NCBI RefSeq assembly: GCF_016127575.1
Contig: NZ_CP066020.1
Location: 420,001 to 452,000, forward strand
Reading direction: 5' to 3'
Length of the DNA: 32,000 nucleotides
From: Cupriavidus necator
GTDB taxonomy: Bacteria; Pseudomonadota; Gammaproteobacteria; Burkholderiales; Burkholderiaceae
The first letter of the stretch is position 1. Every line of letters begins with the position of its first letter. Shown here piece by piece: positions 1 through 8,390 of this stretch. The translations under genes were made by a program, and so were the position numbers. The notes beneath the pieces were generated by a model. The model did not search any database. It was given only the letters and a program-made list of their open reading frames with translations, and was not told where the DNA came from.

Positions 1-906
1 GGTGTACTCCATGGCCTGGTGGATTCGCTCGTCGTTGTACAGGTCGCGGTTGGTAATAATCTCGTTGAATTCGGACTGGTTGAGGGCGAACTCTTTGCGC
101 AACGTCTCATAGACGTTGCGAAGCACGATGAACGCGGTCTTTTGCTCGTTGGGCTGCTCGGTAACGTTCAATCGGAATCGGACTTGGCCGATTTTTTTTG
201 AACCGGGCACATTAAGTGTAAGCATCTCAATGTGGAGTCCGGTCACTTCGCGAATTTCGGAGATGGCTACCTCAAGGACTTTACTTCGGAAGTGCTTGAA
301 GAGATCGTAGGTTTTCTTCTCGCACTCTAGCCAAGCTCGTAGGGCTTGAACTTCGAACCAAGGGGTAATGCCCTCAACCATGAATTGTTGTAGTCGGTCG
401 TACAGGACCTTAGAGTGCACCGACTTGAATACATAGCGCAGGCTAAGAAAGTGGGAAGATTTTGGGTTCTTGATGGCGCGCTGTAGCCGTTCAGGAAGCT
501 CGAAGATGAACTCCCCTTTTTCGATGAATGCTGAGCCCATTAGGGGCACTGCACCCCAGCGATCTTTGGAAGGGTCTTCGACGTCGATCTCGTTAAGCTC
601 GATAGCCGCTTTCTGGGCTTCGCGAACGAGCTTGCTTAGGTGGCGTCTGTTGTTGCTCGTTGTGGCCAGAAGCCACTTGAACAAGCCGACATCGACCCGG
701 TATTCGCGCCGGACTTCTTGGTCTTCAGCTACAAGAAAGTAAGCAACATCGATAAGGCGACGGCCTGCCAGACTGAGGTCGATGATTTTGACGAAGGCAT
801 TGCTGCGACGGAAGCCCAAATCCTTGGGTGCTTCCGTGACGCTCTGGCCTCGAGGAGCGAAGTCCTCGAACAATGCCAAGGCTAATTGTTGCGATGCGCT
901 TTCCAT
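1..906 (-). CDS. repA: Replication initiator, Rep_3/RepA-like (iteron-binding winged-helix protein). N-terminal 302 codons only; the C-terminus is beyond the left edge
   Basis: Absent from the ORF track because it runs off the window. My own reverse-strand translation from ATG 906 is open to base 1: MESASQQLALALFEDFAPRGQSVTEAPKDLGFRRSNAFVKIIDLSLAGRRLIDVAYFLVAED...KTYDLFKHFRSKVLEVAISEIREVTGLHIEMLTLNVPGSKKIGQVRFRLNV...IHQAMEYT. GGAGGG Shine-Dalgarno (complement of 914-919). The RSNxF..I.LSL..RRL segment and the FK.FRSKVL..AI.EI..VTGL...GKKI..V.F segment resemble the two winged-helix halves of Rep_3 initiators. Iterons lie immediately upstream. Confidence 0.85.
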   Translation of the reverse strand, partial: MESASQQLALALFEDFAPRGQSVTEAPKDLGFRRSNAFVKIIDLSLAGRRLIDVAYFLVAEDQEVRREYRVDVGLFKWLLATTSNNRRHLSKLVREAQKAAIELNEIDVEDPSKDRWGAVPLMGSAFIEKGEFIFELPERLQRAIKNPKSSHFLSLRYVFKSVHSKVLYDRLQQFMVEGITPWFEVQALRAWLECEKKTYDLFKHFRSKVLEVAISEIREVTGLHIEMLTLNVPGSKKIGQVRFRLNVTEQPNEQKTAFIVLRNVYETLRKEFALNQSEFNEIITNRDLYNDERIHQAMEYT

Positions 907-950
907 ACCACTTCCCTCCTTCGGGCAGGAGGTTGCAGGGGAAAGGTCGA

Positions 951-976
951 AAAGTCAAAACATTTCTTGTGACTTT
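951..976. promoter_or_regulatory. Inverted repeat AAAGTCA-N12-TGACTTT made of iteron half-sites in the repA leader; candidate RepA autoregulatory operator
   Basis: Lies 45-70 nt upstream of the repA ATG. The right arm is part of a reverse-oriented iteron copy (959-977, revcomp CAAAGTCACAAGAAATGTT). Rep_3 initiators commonly repress their own promoter through an inverted repeat related to the iterons (established for pPS10-type replicons). Binding here is inference. Confidence 0.4.
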
Positions 977-1159
977 GCCTTCCCTGTCGTCTGGTCGGCG
1001 TCCCAGCGATGGTGTGGCCGAATTTGGTCAACGATAGGAATTTGCGGTCGCGGTTCGGGACAATTCTGGTGACCGTTCTTGGAGTCGGATGCTTGGTTCC
1101 TGCGGTGGGGGTTGTTCGACGTGCCCGGCTTTAAGATCTGTCTATAGGAGCGCGGGGTG

Positions 1160-1240
1160 GGTTAGTTTGTTGTTTTTATAAACAGAACACCACTTACTAG
1201 AGGCAGCAGGCTTGTCAATAAAATCAATGACTTAGTTTGG
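1160..1240. other. AT-rich tract adjacent to the iterons; candidate DNA-unwinding element of oriV
   Basis: GTTAGTTTGTTGTTTTTATAAACAGAACACCACTTACTAG...CAATAAAATCAATGACTTAGTTTGG is clearly AT-richer than its flanks. It contains one 8/9 DnaA-box-like site, TTATAAACA (1176-1184). Function is inferred from position between repA and the iterons. Confidence 0.35.
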
Positions 1241-2004
1241 AAAGGTCACTTTTGTGGTTCCAAAGGTCGCCGATTTTGTCGGGCAAGGTTACTAGATGTG
1301 GTCGAAAGGACACCGGATTTGGCCGGGTCTCCCAGATCGATGGACTGTCGGCTCTGACAAGGTCACCAAAATTGTCCTCAAGGTCACAAGATTTGTTCGA
1401 TTCCGGTCCTAAGCCTAGCCCCACAAGGATCTGCGAGCGGTTTGGCCGACGCACGGTCACAGGAATTGTATTTCTGCGGGGAAGGGCTTGGTACGCAGCC
1501 ACAGATGGAGCAAGGTCACCAAGATTGTCCGTAATTGCGGCAACAACAGGCTCGCTGAGATCGCTGGATTGACCCTACACGGGCAACAAGGTCATCAGAA
1601 TTGTCTGTCCGGTTGCTGGAGTGGGAGCCAAGGTCACAAGATTTGTACGATCTGGGCCTCTAACCATCTGGCAAGGTCACCAGAATTGTGCGAGCTACCC
1701 GCGGGTTACTGGCGGAAGGCACATTGCGCAGCAGTCACCTATGGAGTTGTCAAGAAGTTGGTGGCCTTTTTTTGCCAGTTGCCGGTGATGAGTATTCCGC
1801 AGCAGCCAAAGTCGCCGGTCTTCATCCGTTGTTTTAAGGGATAGCAACGCCCGTAGGAACGTGGTGACCTTTTCCGCATAGCGATGCGTACAATTTTGGT
1901 GACTTTGCCCGGGTAAGGTCGCTAGTAGAAGAACTCCGCTGCGGGCCCGACGCTAATCTGCAGAACCACAAAACAGTGAATTCGTACAATTGATGGTGAC
2001 TTTG
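1241..2004. repeat. Iteron array (oriV-type), consensus CAAGGTCACnAnAnTTGTnC
   Basis: Strong plus-orientation copies: 1358-1377 CAAGGTCACCAAAATTGTCC, 1379-1398 CAAGGTCACAAGATTTGTTC, 1511-1530 CAAGGTCACCAAGATTGTCC, 1587-1606 CAAGGTCATCAGAATTGTCT, 1629-1648 CAAGGTCACAAGATTTGTAC, 1672-1691 CAAGGTCACCAGAATTGTGC. Weaker plus copies at 1241-1260, 1262-1281, 1284-1303 and 1452-1471. Reverse copies at 1857-1873 (weak), 1888-1907 (revcomp CAAAGTCACCAAAATTGTAC) and 1984-2004 (revcomp CAAAGTCACCATCAATTGTAC). Neighbour spacings of 21, 21, 22, 42 and 43 bp suggest helical phasing. Confidence 0.8.
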
Positions 2005-2233
2005 CCTATTACCCAAGGATTCACCGGTCGTGGTGCGCCGTTCGGTGTCTTCCGCGTGCGGTCTTTATGGAGGCGACGGCTTAAGTCAATCTTTTCCCCC
2101 GCGTGAGTTACGCTCTGGGCCGGACTGGCCTCATCAGATACGGCGAATCGCGCACATAGAGCCCCCCTGGGCGTCACTTTTTCGCCAAAAGTGCGTACAA
2201 ATACGTGAAGTTTCCCCGTTGGTCGCGTATTCT

Positions 2234-2263
2234 ACGTTTCATCCTGAATTTCACATGGAACGT
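2234..2263. promoter_or_regulatory. Imperfect inverted repeat ACGTTTCAT-N12-ATGGAACGT abutting the parA start; possible ParA/ParB operator
   Basis: The arms match 8/9. Type Ia ParA proteins carry an N-terminal HTH and autoregulate at an operator upstream of parA (established for P1/F). Assigning this repeat to that role is inference. Confidence 0.25.
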
Positions 2264-2268
2264 TGAAT

Positions 2269-3465
2269 ATGGTGGTGAAGAGCGAATTAACCGAGATTGA
2301 CCGGACTGTCACGATTGGTTCAATGAGTGACTTTTCGAAGAAGCTTCAAAAACTTACTGAGGAACTTCGCGAACATATCCTGGCACCTCGCCCTCGGAAA
2401 AGTCCGCCCACGTTCACCTCCACCCAGGTTGCCGAAATGTGCGGTATCGACCGTGCGCGGCTTCATTATCTGGCAACGAAAGACGGGAGCACACTTCCGG
2501 CCGGTGAGCTTCATGGGCGCGTACGCCAATTTACGCTTGGTGAGACTCGGAAGTGGGTTCAACAAGCTTCACAGGTGAAGCCGTCCCCGCTACTAAGAAA
2601 GGGCGAAGCGGATGGTCGCGTTCTGATTTCTGCCAACTTCAAGGGTGGTAGTTGCAAGACGACTTCGAGTATGTGCCTGGCGCAGGGATTAAGTTTGCGC
2701 GGCCGCAAGGTGCTGCTGGTTGACTTGGACCCTCAGGCATCGCTGACCGAATTGTGCGGCCTGTATGCCGAGAAGATGATTGTCGAGGAAAGCACCGTTC
2801 TGCCGTACATCTACAGCCCTGAAGACTTTACGCTTGAGAGCGTCATTCAGGAGACGTATTGGGATGGGGTTGATGTCATCCCTGCGCATCCATCTTTGTT
2901 CTCCGCCGAGTTTCATATCCCGGCGATGGCAAGCAAGTCGGCGAATTATCGCTTCTGGACGCTGTTACGTAAGGGCTTGGAGCCACTTCGAAAAAAATAC
3001 GACTATATCGTGTTGGATTCGGCACCTTCGCTATCCTACCTGACTATCAACGGCCTGATGGCTGCGGACGCCATGGTGATGCCTTTGGTGCCGGAAAGTC
3101 TCGACTTCATTAGCTCGGTATCGTTCTGGAGTCTGTTCTCCGATATGGCGGACAGCTTCAAGAACATCGAAGGAAACAAAACCTACGACTTTGTGAGCAT
3201 TCTGCTTTCGAAGGTTGACTATGGCGTAGCGTCTTCGGCTCCGATAGTTCGCTCCTGGGTACAACGAGCCTATGGCGATTGGATGAGCCCAATTGAAGTG
3301 CCGGCGAGCTCCGTGATGAGTAACGGGGCTCTCGCACTTGCGACGGTCTTCGACATTAGTAAGTTCGAGGGCAGCAACAAGACATTCCAGCGTGTGCGCA
3401 TTCCGTTCGACGAATATTGCCGTTGGGTGGATGAGTTTTACGCCGGAAAGTGGGAGGACGCTTAA
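2269..3465 (+). CDS. parA: Partition ATPase ParA, type Ia (long form with N-terminal HTH extension)
   Basis: ORF track 2263..3465 (TTG 2263; I prefer ATG 2269; the N-terminus is uncertain). Deviant Walker A NFKGGSCKTTSS, followed by VLLVDLDPQASLT and a length of about 400 aa. Immediately followed by parB. Confidence 0.9.
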   Translation: MVVKSELTEIDRTVTIGSMSDFSKKLQKLTEELREHILAPRPRKSPPTFTSTQVAEMCGIDRARLHYLATKDGSTLPAGELHGRVRQFTLGETRKWVQQASQVKPSPLLRKGEADGRVLISANFKGGSCKTTSSMCLAQGLSLRGRKVLLVDLDPQASLTELCGLYAEKMIVEESTVLPYIYSPEDFTLESVIQETYWDGVDVIPAHPSLFSAEFHIPAMASKSANYRFWTLLRKGLEPLRKKYDYIVLDSAPSLSYLTINGLMAADAMVMPLVPESLDFISSVSFWSLFSDMADSFKNIEGNKTYDFVSILLSKVDYGVASSAPIVRSWVQRAYGDWMSPIEVPASSVMSNGALALATVFDISKFEGSNKTFQRVRIPFDEYCRWVDEFYAGKWEDA

Positions 3466-4452
3466 ATGAATATGCGCAAGCGCATGCTGGAGCAAACCGC
3501 AAATTTGACTCCTGCTAATGAAATCAAAGTGGAAATCGCCCCCCAAGTTGCAGACCGGCCGAAAACTGCACCAGGGATGATGGCGGCCTTGAGTGCGGCA
3601 CAGCTTCGGATTCAAGAATTGGAGTCCCAAGGGGCTGCAAGCACCGTTCCGGTCGAGAAGATTCGGCCGAATCCCTGGCAGCCGCGGATAAAGTTTGACG
3701 AGAGCAGTCTCACTGAGCTCGCGGAGAGCATTAAGGAACTGGGCCTAATGCAGCCCATTCTCGTTCGACGAGTCACGCCGGACAACGGAGAATCCTATTT
3801 CGAGCTGATTGCCGGTGAGCGCCGTTGGCGCGCTCACCAGGTGCTGGGTCTACAAGAAATCAAGGCGCTCATCACGGATGCGTCAGATGCAGATATGGCC
3901 GTCCTCGCTTTGGCCGAGAATGTCAGCCGTGAAGACCTCACCGACTACGAAATTGGCAAGGCGATGCGCCGTGCCGAGAAGGAATTTCCAGACAGGAAGC
4001 GGATGGCTGAATCCATGGGGATGAGCCGGAGCACGCTCTATCGATATTTTGCCTTCGACAATCTACCCGAATTCATGCGTGTAGATCTGGAGAAGAACCC
4101 TTCGCTTTTCAGCGGTACCGCGGCAAGTGACACCTACGCCGTGCTCAAGAAGCATGGCGAGCCAGCTGTTGCAGCGGCTCGCGAGGTCTGGAAGCAACTT
4201 GTAGATGGTAGCCTTGAGCAGTCGAAGGTCGCCAAGCTGCTGGAGGCTTCGCTACTTCGTCGTGAAGCGACGCCTGTAACTTCCCAGCGTGACATTCATA
4301 AAGTCTATGCCGGCAAGACTCAGGCCGGCAGTATTACCAAGGACTCCGTGAGCTTTACCGTAAAGCTTAAAAGTGCTGTCCTGACTGCCGCTCAAGAGGA
4401 GCGGATACGGACGGTTATCAATGAACTTTTCGACGGAGGACCGCAACGTTAA
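3466..4452 (+). CDS. parB: Partition protein ParB (ParB/Spo0J N-terminal domain plus HTH)
   Basis: 328 aa. Motifs IRPNPWQPR, LMQPILVR, LIAGERRWRA and an HTH-like MGMSRSTLYRYF. GGGAGGA Shine-Dalgarno; the ATG directly follows the parA stop codon. Confidence 0.9.
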   Translation: MNMRKRMLEQTANLTPANEIKVEIAPQVADRPKTAPGMMAALSAAQLRIQELESQGAASTVPVEKIRPNPWQPRIKFDESSLTELAESIKELGLMQPILVRRVTPDNGESYFELIAGERRWRAHQVLGLQEIKALITDASDADMAVLALAENVSREDLTDYEIGKAMRRAEKEFPDRKRMAESMGMSRSTLYRYFAFDNLPEFMRVDLEKNPSLFSGTAASDTYAVLKKHGEPAVAAAREVWKQLVDGSLEQSKVAKLLEASLLRREATPVTSQRDIHKVYAGKTQAGSITKDSVSFTVKLKSAVLTAAQEERIRTVINELFDGGPQR

Positions 4453-4476
4453 CAGTTGTCGTCTCCAGACTATTCG

Positions 4477-4500
4477 AACCCCTCACTGAGGGGTTTTTTT
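4477..4500 (+). terminator. Rho-independent terminator of the parAB operon
   Basis: AACCCCTC-ACT-GAGGGGTT stem-loop (4477-4495) running into a run of 7 T (4494-4500), 25 nt after the parB stop. Confidence 0.8.
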
Positions 4501-4519
4501 GTGTTCTGAGTCGGAGTGG
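4501..4519. repeat. Degenerate copy of the 19-bp palindrome (candidate parS)
   Basis: GTGTTCTGAGTCGGAGTGG, 14/19 identical to the perfect copies. The left half is intact and the right half eroded. Confidence 0.4.
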
Positions 4520-4585
4520 CCTTGTCAGAAGCGGAGTTTGTCGGTGCGAACGGTGCAATGTGGTCCCATCGACAGCCCGAGCAAC

Positions 4586-4604
4586 GTGTTCCGAGTCGGA
4601 ACAC
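4586..4604. repeat. Perfect 19-bp palindrome GTGTTCCGAGTCGGAACAC; candidate ParB-binding centromere site (parS)
   Basis: Perfect dyad, extendable to a 21-bp perfect palindrome CGTGTTCCGAGTCGGAACACG (4585-4605). It sits downstream of parB, where type Ia centromeres lie (P1 parS, F sopC). Binding itself is inference. Confidence 0.6.
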
Positions 4605-5118
4605 GACGTCATCAGGCACACGATCCCAAACGATTCGAACGGCTGCACCGATGCGCTCATCGACGCCTCCGGGTGTACTGGAAGCCGGCGCGCCGCATAG
4701 TCGAAGCCTACTTCGAGTTGATGTTGAACCCGCACATCCATTGCGTGCCTCGGTGCAAGAGCGACTTCAACACGCGATGCGGATTGATCTGCTCGCCCAT
4801 AGCCTGATCCGGTCGAGCTTCGAGCCTCACCCCACGATGCTCACGCAGCATCTGGATACCATTGGAGCCTCGGAGCACACGCCCGCCAACTAGACGCCAT
4901 CGTGGGACAAGCGTTGGCGCCGATCCGATTGCACGCTCGCCTGCTGACCTACCTCTCTGAGGTGAGCAACATGACCGCTCCGCTCCTGTTGGTTGAGATC
5001 GTCTCGGAACGGCGCGTTAACAAAAGCACTATCGCCTGCCCAAACGACTCACGGCTTTGCTGCCAACAGGAGACCCCCCAGATGAATAACGCTTCCGAGT
5101 AAGTCACTGGAAGGCTTC

Positions 5119-5137
5119 GTGTTCCGACTCGGAACAC
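5119..5137. repeat. Second perfect copy of the palindrome, GTGTTCCGACTCGGAACAC; candidate parS
   Basis: Identical arms to the 4586 copy; only the central base differs (C instead of G). Confidence 0.6.
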
Positions 5138-5194
5138 CGAAGCTCAAAGGTCTGAAGCAGCATCACCCGACTAAGGCGGGTCGTGCGGGTGTCC

Positions 5195-5213
5195 GTGTTC
5201 TGACTTGGAACGC
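5195..5213. repeat. Degenerate copy of the palindrome (candidate parS)
   Basis: GTGTTCTGACTTGGAACGC, 16/19 identical to the perfect copies. Confidence 0.45.
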
Positions 5214-5572
5214 AGCTGAGTTTGTCCCGGCGATACCTCGGGCGAGCGCATTATGGGCGTCAATGGAGGTCGCTTACGGGGACCCTTGTAGGGCAGGCAC
5301 TGCAAACGGACAGCAGCAATAGCTTTGCGGCGCAAGATCGCGCTGTTATGGAGCGCTGACGGCCGAGGACACGTCGCCTGAAAGAGTGCGACATGATAAA
5401 GGCGGGCGCCGAGCGCCGGCTCTCATAGGGGGACCGAGTTTGGCATCCGTGGCCACACCTCTCAATGAGTTGCCTTACGTCACCCAGAGCTTGCATGCCC
5501 CGGATTCGTCTCGTCTCAACTTGCGACATACCCTCGCGGGATCCCGCGACACGATGGCGCAAGGACCGACAG

Positions 5573-5724
5573 CAAGGTCACAAAGTTTGTACGAATCCTA
5601 GTTGCAAGGCCTCCGTAAGCCCTGTGCGCGGACTTGTTTAGCGCCGGACTCTGCCGCTAACGGACAATCGACGGTGACCTTGCCTGTTGGGGAGCATCGG
5701 AACAGAACAATATTGGTGACCTTG
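5573..5724. repeat. Second iteron cluster (three strong copies) distal to parAB
   Basis: 5573-5592 CAAGGTCACAAAGTTTGTAC (plus orientation). 5662-5682 revcomp CAAGGTCACCGTCGATTGTCC and 5705-5724 revcomp CAAGGTCACCAATATTGTTC (minus orientation). A weak AAAGGTCAAC lies near 5794. Same consensus as the 1241-2004 array. Confidence 0.7.
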
Positions 5725-6149
5725 CGAGAGCCTGCCTGCCGCGCTACGCATTCCGCTGCCTCCACAGAAGGATTCCGGATCGGGGGCATCCTGGAAAGGT
5801 CAACGCGCTCCCGTACTCGCCGGCTGAGTGCCATTGCCCGTCTGTTGGCCAGAAGGGCAGTGAGGGGGCCCGGCGCCGCAAAGGGCTTGCCGGCGAACGC
5901 ACAAGCCACTTCTTCCAGTGCCTAGTGGGTGGCGTCGTGCTAGCGTTGCGGTGACCCAAGGGCGGGCCGTACGTCGGTCATGGCACGCCAGCTGCAGCAG
6001 ATGCGTGGCATGCGCATGCTGCAGTCAGTGCGTCGACGCGGCGCGCTGCCTGGGCCACCTGCTCGCCTTGGCCCTCGCGCTCCAGGCGGTCGGCCGCCTC
6101 GGCGAAAGCCGCGCGCGCGATCGCGTAGACACCCAGTCCTGGAAAGCCG

Positions 6150-8006
6150 CTAACTTTGGATGCTGTACAGCTTCGCCATGGCGGCAATACCGCGCCTGCG
6201 TTCCGCGCGGACATACAGCGAGGTCGTTTGCAGCGAGGCGTGGCCCAACAGCCTTTGGAGGACATCGGTGGGGATATCGTTGGCCACCGCGTGCGTGGCG
6301 AAGGTGTGCCGCAGCGCATGGGGCGCGGCCTTGCGCAGCAAGTGGCGCTCGGCCTCGTCAATCGGCAGGGTACTGTCTTCCGCGATGCGAAGCAGCGTGG
6401 TTGTCAGCACCCGGTAAAGCCCGTCTGGCGAAAATCCCTCTCCGCTCAGGACCGGCAAGCCCTCCCGCAGCGTCAGGTGCTTGCTGCGGGCGGTGCGCGT
6501 CGAGGGCAGCGACACCGGCGACAGCAACGCCAGATCCTGGTGCACGTCTTCAAAATCGTGGCCCCGATCGGCCCAGTGCGCCCGCAGCGCCTCGATCACG
6601 CGTGGCGGCAGGAACACCGTGCGCCATTTGCCGCGCTTGCCGAGCAGCGCCAACTCCCACAGGCCATCGGGGATGCCGGCCTGCTCGGGGACGGGCTTCA
6701 GGTGACTGCGGCGCGCGCGGGCGACCTCCTCCCGGCGCGCCCCACTGCAGCCCATCAGCAGCACCGCTGCGCGCGCTAGGCGACATTGCGCACCCGGTGT
6801 GTCGGCGTCCTTTGCGCTCAGCGGGCCGGCTGGCGCCGTCGCGCTGAACCTGACACAAAGCCGGTCGAGGAGGCCGTCGCGCCGCGTCAGCGACTCCCAC
6901 AGCTGACCGGGCAAGGCCTTGTCGATCGCCATCGGCACCTCTCGCTGCGCGATGATGGGATCCTTGACCATCAGCCAGGGATTGCCGCCCAGATAGCGCA
7001 CGCCCACCAGCCAGGCAAAGAAACCCCGCAGCACCAGCACCGCATAGCGCTGCGACTCCGGCTGGAGCGGGCCGGCGAAGGGGCGCCAGCGCGCGGAGGC
7101 GCGTGGCGCCTTGGTGCCGATCCACGCCGGGTCCGGCTGCGCCAGGAAGTCCTTGTAGCGCTCGCAGTCGTCGGCGCCCACGCTCGACAGCGCGGTGCGG
7201 CGAGCGCAGATGCACCAGAGCAGGAAGCGCTCCAGTTCCTTCTGGTAGGCGCGGGCGGTCTTGTCCCGCTCGCGGAAGCGGGATAGGTAGGCCTGCACGG
7301 CCTCCAGGTCGTCGCGTGCCGCGATCAGGCACCAGCCGGGCGCGCGATTGCGGCCCTCGCTGCCGTCGAGGGCCGGCACCACCCGCCGCACCTGCTCCAG
7401 CGGGACCAGACAGCTAGCGCCGTCCGCTCCCAGGTCCACGCGGTCCTCGCGCGGCGTGTCGTCGGCCACCACCAGGGTGCCCAGCGCTTCCGCCTGGGCC
7501 TGCAGCCACCGCTCGATCGCCCGTGCCTTGCCCGTGCCCAGCCGCGGCACCGGTAGATACCAGCGCTTGCCGCGCAACGTGATGTACGCCATCAGCTGCG
7601 CCAGCGTCTGAATGTCCTCCTGCCGCAACGCGCGCGACACGATGGGGCGGAACCAGGCGGACACCGGGTCTTCGGGCTGCGGCCGCGACACGTCGTGGTC
7701 GGCGGCGCGCACCAGGTAGTCAATGGCGGTCTTCGGCCAGCGATTGAAGCGCCGTGCATCCGCCAGGCTTGCCGACAGGTATGGATTGCTCAGGCAGACG
7801 CGTTCGACCAGATGGTCGCGCATCGCATCGAGCCGGGCCTCCAGCTGCGCCGGCGTGCCGATGCCGGCCTTGGCCAGCGCTTCCTCGTCATAGACGCGCT
7901 CGAGGATATGCGCGGTCGGAATGCGGTTGAGCCGAAAGCGCAGGGCCGTGAAGTCGGCGCGGGTATAGCGAATGACGGTGGTGGCGACCTGGTTGTGTTG
8001 GGCCAT
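6150..8006 (-). CDS. Tyrosine recombinase / phage-integrase-family protein, unusually long (618 aa) with a roughly 240-aa N-terminal extension
   Basis: The C-terminal catalytic domain shows GARREE (Arg I), HALRHTFATH (His-x-x-Arg), LLGHASLQTT (His/Trp position) and SLYV (Tyr nucleophile). A SAM-like core-binding segment ARAYQKELERFLLWC...CERYKDFL lies upstream. G+C is visibly higher than in the rep/par module to its left. Confidence 0.9.
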   Translation of the reverse strand: MAQHNQVATTVIRYTRADFTALRFRLNRIPTAHILERVYDEEALAKAGIGTPAQLEARLDAMRDHLVERVCLSNPYLSASLADARRFNRWPKTAIDYLVRAADHDVSRPQPEDPVSAWFRPIVSRALRQEDIQTLAQLMAYITLRGKRWYLPVPRLGTGKARAIERWLQAQAEALGTLVVADDTPREDRVDLGADGASCLVPLEQVRRVVPALDGSEGRNRAPGWCLIAARDDLEAVQAYLSRFRERDKTARAYQKELERFLLWCICARRTALSSVGADDCERYKDFLAQPDPAWIGTKAPRASARWRPFAGPLQPESQRYAVLVLRGFFAWLVGVRYLGGNPWLMVKDPIIAQREVPMAIDKALPGQLWESLTRRDGLLDRLCVRFSATAPAGPLSAKDADTPGAQCRLARAAVLLMGCSGARREEVARARRSHLKPVPEQAGIPDGLWELALLGKRGKWRTVFLPPRVIEALRAHWADRGHDFEDVHQDLALLSPVSLPSTRTARSKHLTLREGLPVLSGEGFSPDGLYRVLTTTLLRIAEDSTLPIDEAERHLLRKAAPHALRHTFATHAVANDIPTDVLQRLLGHASLQTTSLYVRAERRRGIAAMAKLYSIQS

Positions 8007-8390
8007 GGCAGTAGGAGTCGGCAGGTGGCCTCATCTTACCTGATAACAATATGCTGCCGTACTCTGTCCCGGATTGTCGCAGGCCACGTTGCGGTCGCGG
8101 AGTAGCATGGGGGACTCCCTGCGCAGCCCCACCGGCCGGGGCCACCAGACCACCGGGCTCGCGACCGGACACCGGAGGGAGGAGATCCCAGCCGCGCAGC
8201 ACCACCGGCAGGTAGCGGGGTGGTCGCCGGCGCATTTTGTGGCTACACTGGTGCTGTCCAACGGTCGAAAATGAGCTTGGCCGCGCTGGATTGCCATTCT
8301 CTTTCCTGGCCAGCGCCGTGCTTGCGGCGGACGCGCCGCCCCCGATCCCCGAAGTGAAGCCAGCAAAACCCGGCAAAATCCACAAAAATT

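Noticed and set aside
1241-2004. Could the regularly repeated ~20-mers be a CRISPR array?
   Set aside because: The repeats are degenerate, occur in both orientations and have irregular spacing (21-76 bp). No cas genes are present. Their position between repA and parA fits iterons.
4516-5322. ORFs between the palindromes (4516-4893, 4499-4807, 4949-5137 MFRVGT..., 5119-5322 MFRLGT...).
   Set aside because: The mirrored MFRVGT/MFRLGT starts are produced by the two strands of the same palindrome. There is no codon bias, no Shine-Dalgarno and no recognisable motifs. I treat the region as non-coding centromere DNA.
5978-6149. A helical-looking peptide (...LGVYAIARAAFAEAADRLEREGQGEQVAQAARRVDALTAA...) encoded just downstream of the recombinase stop on the minus strand.
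   Set aside because: There is no in-frame start codon outside the recombinase gene; the only ATG lies 210 nt inside it. It is probably a fragment of a gene cut at the compositional boundary, or chance.
5918-7332. Long ORFs overlapping the recombinase gene (5918-6847 plus strand, 309 aa; 6550-7332 minus strand, 260 aa; 6156-6779 plus strand). Similar antisense ORFs occur at 3031-3630, 19245-20141, 20579-21475, 23329-24273 and 29058-30347.
   Set aside because: Their products are Arg/Ala/Pro/Gly-rich and low in complexity. They lie antisense to, or out of frame with, genes that have clear family motifs. Long stop-free shadow frames are expected in high-G+C DNA.
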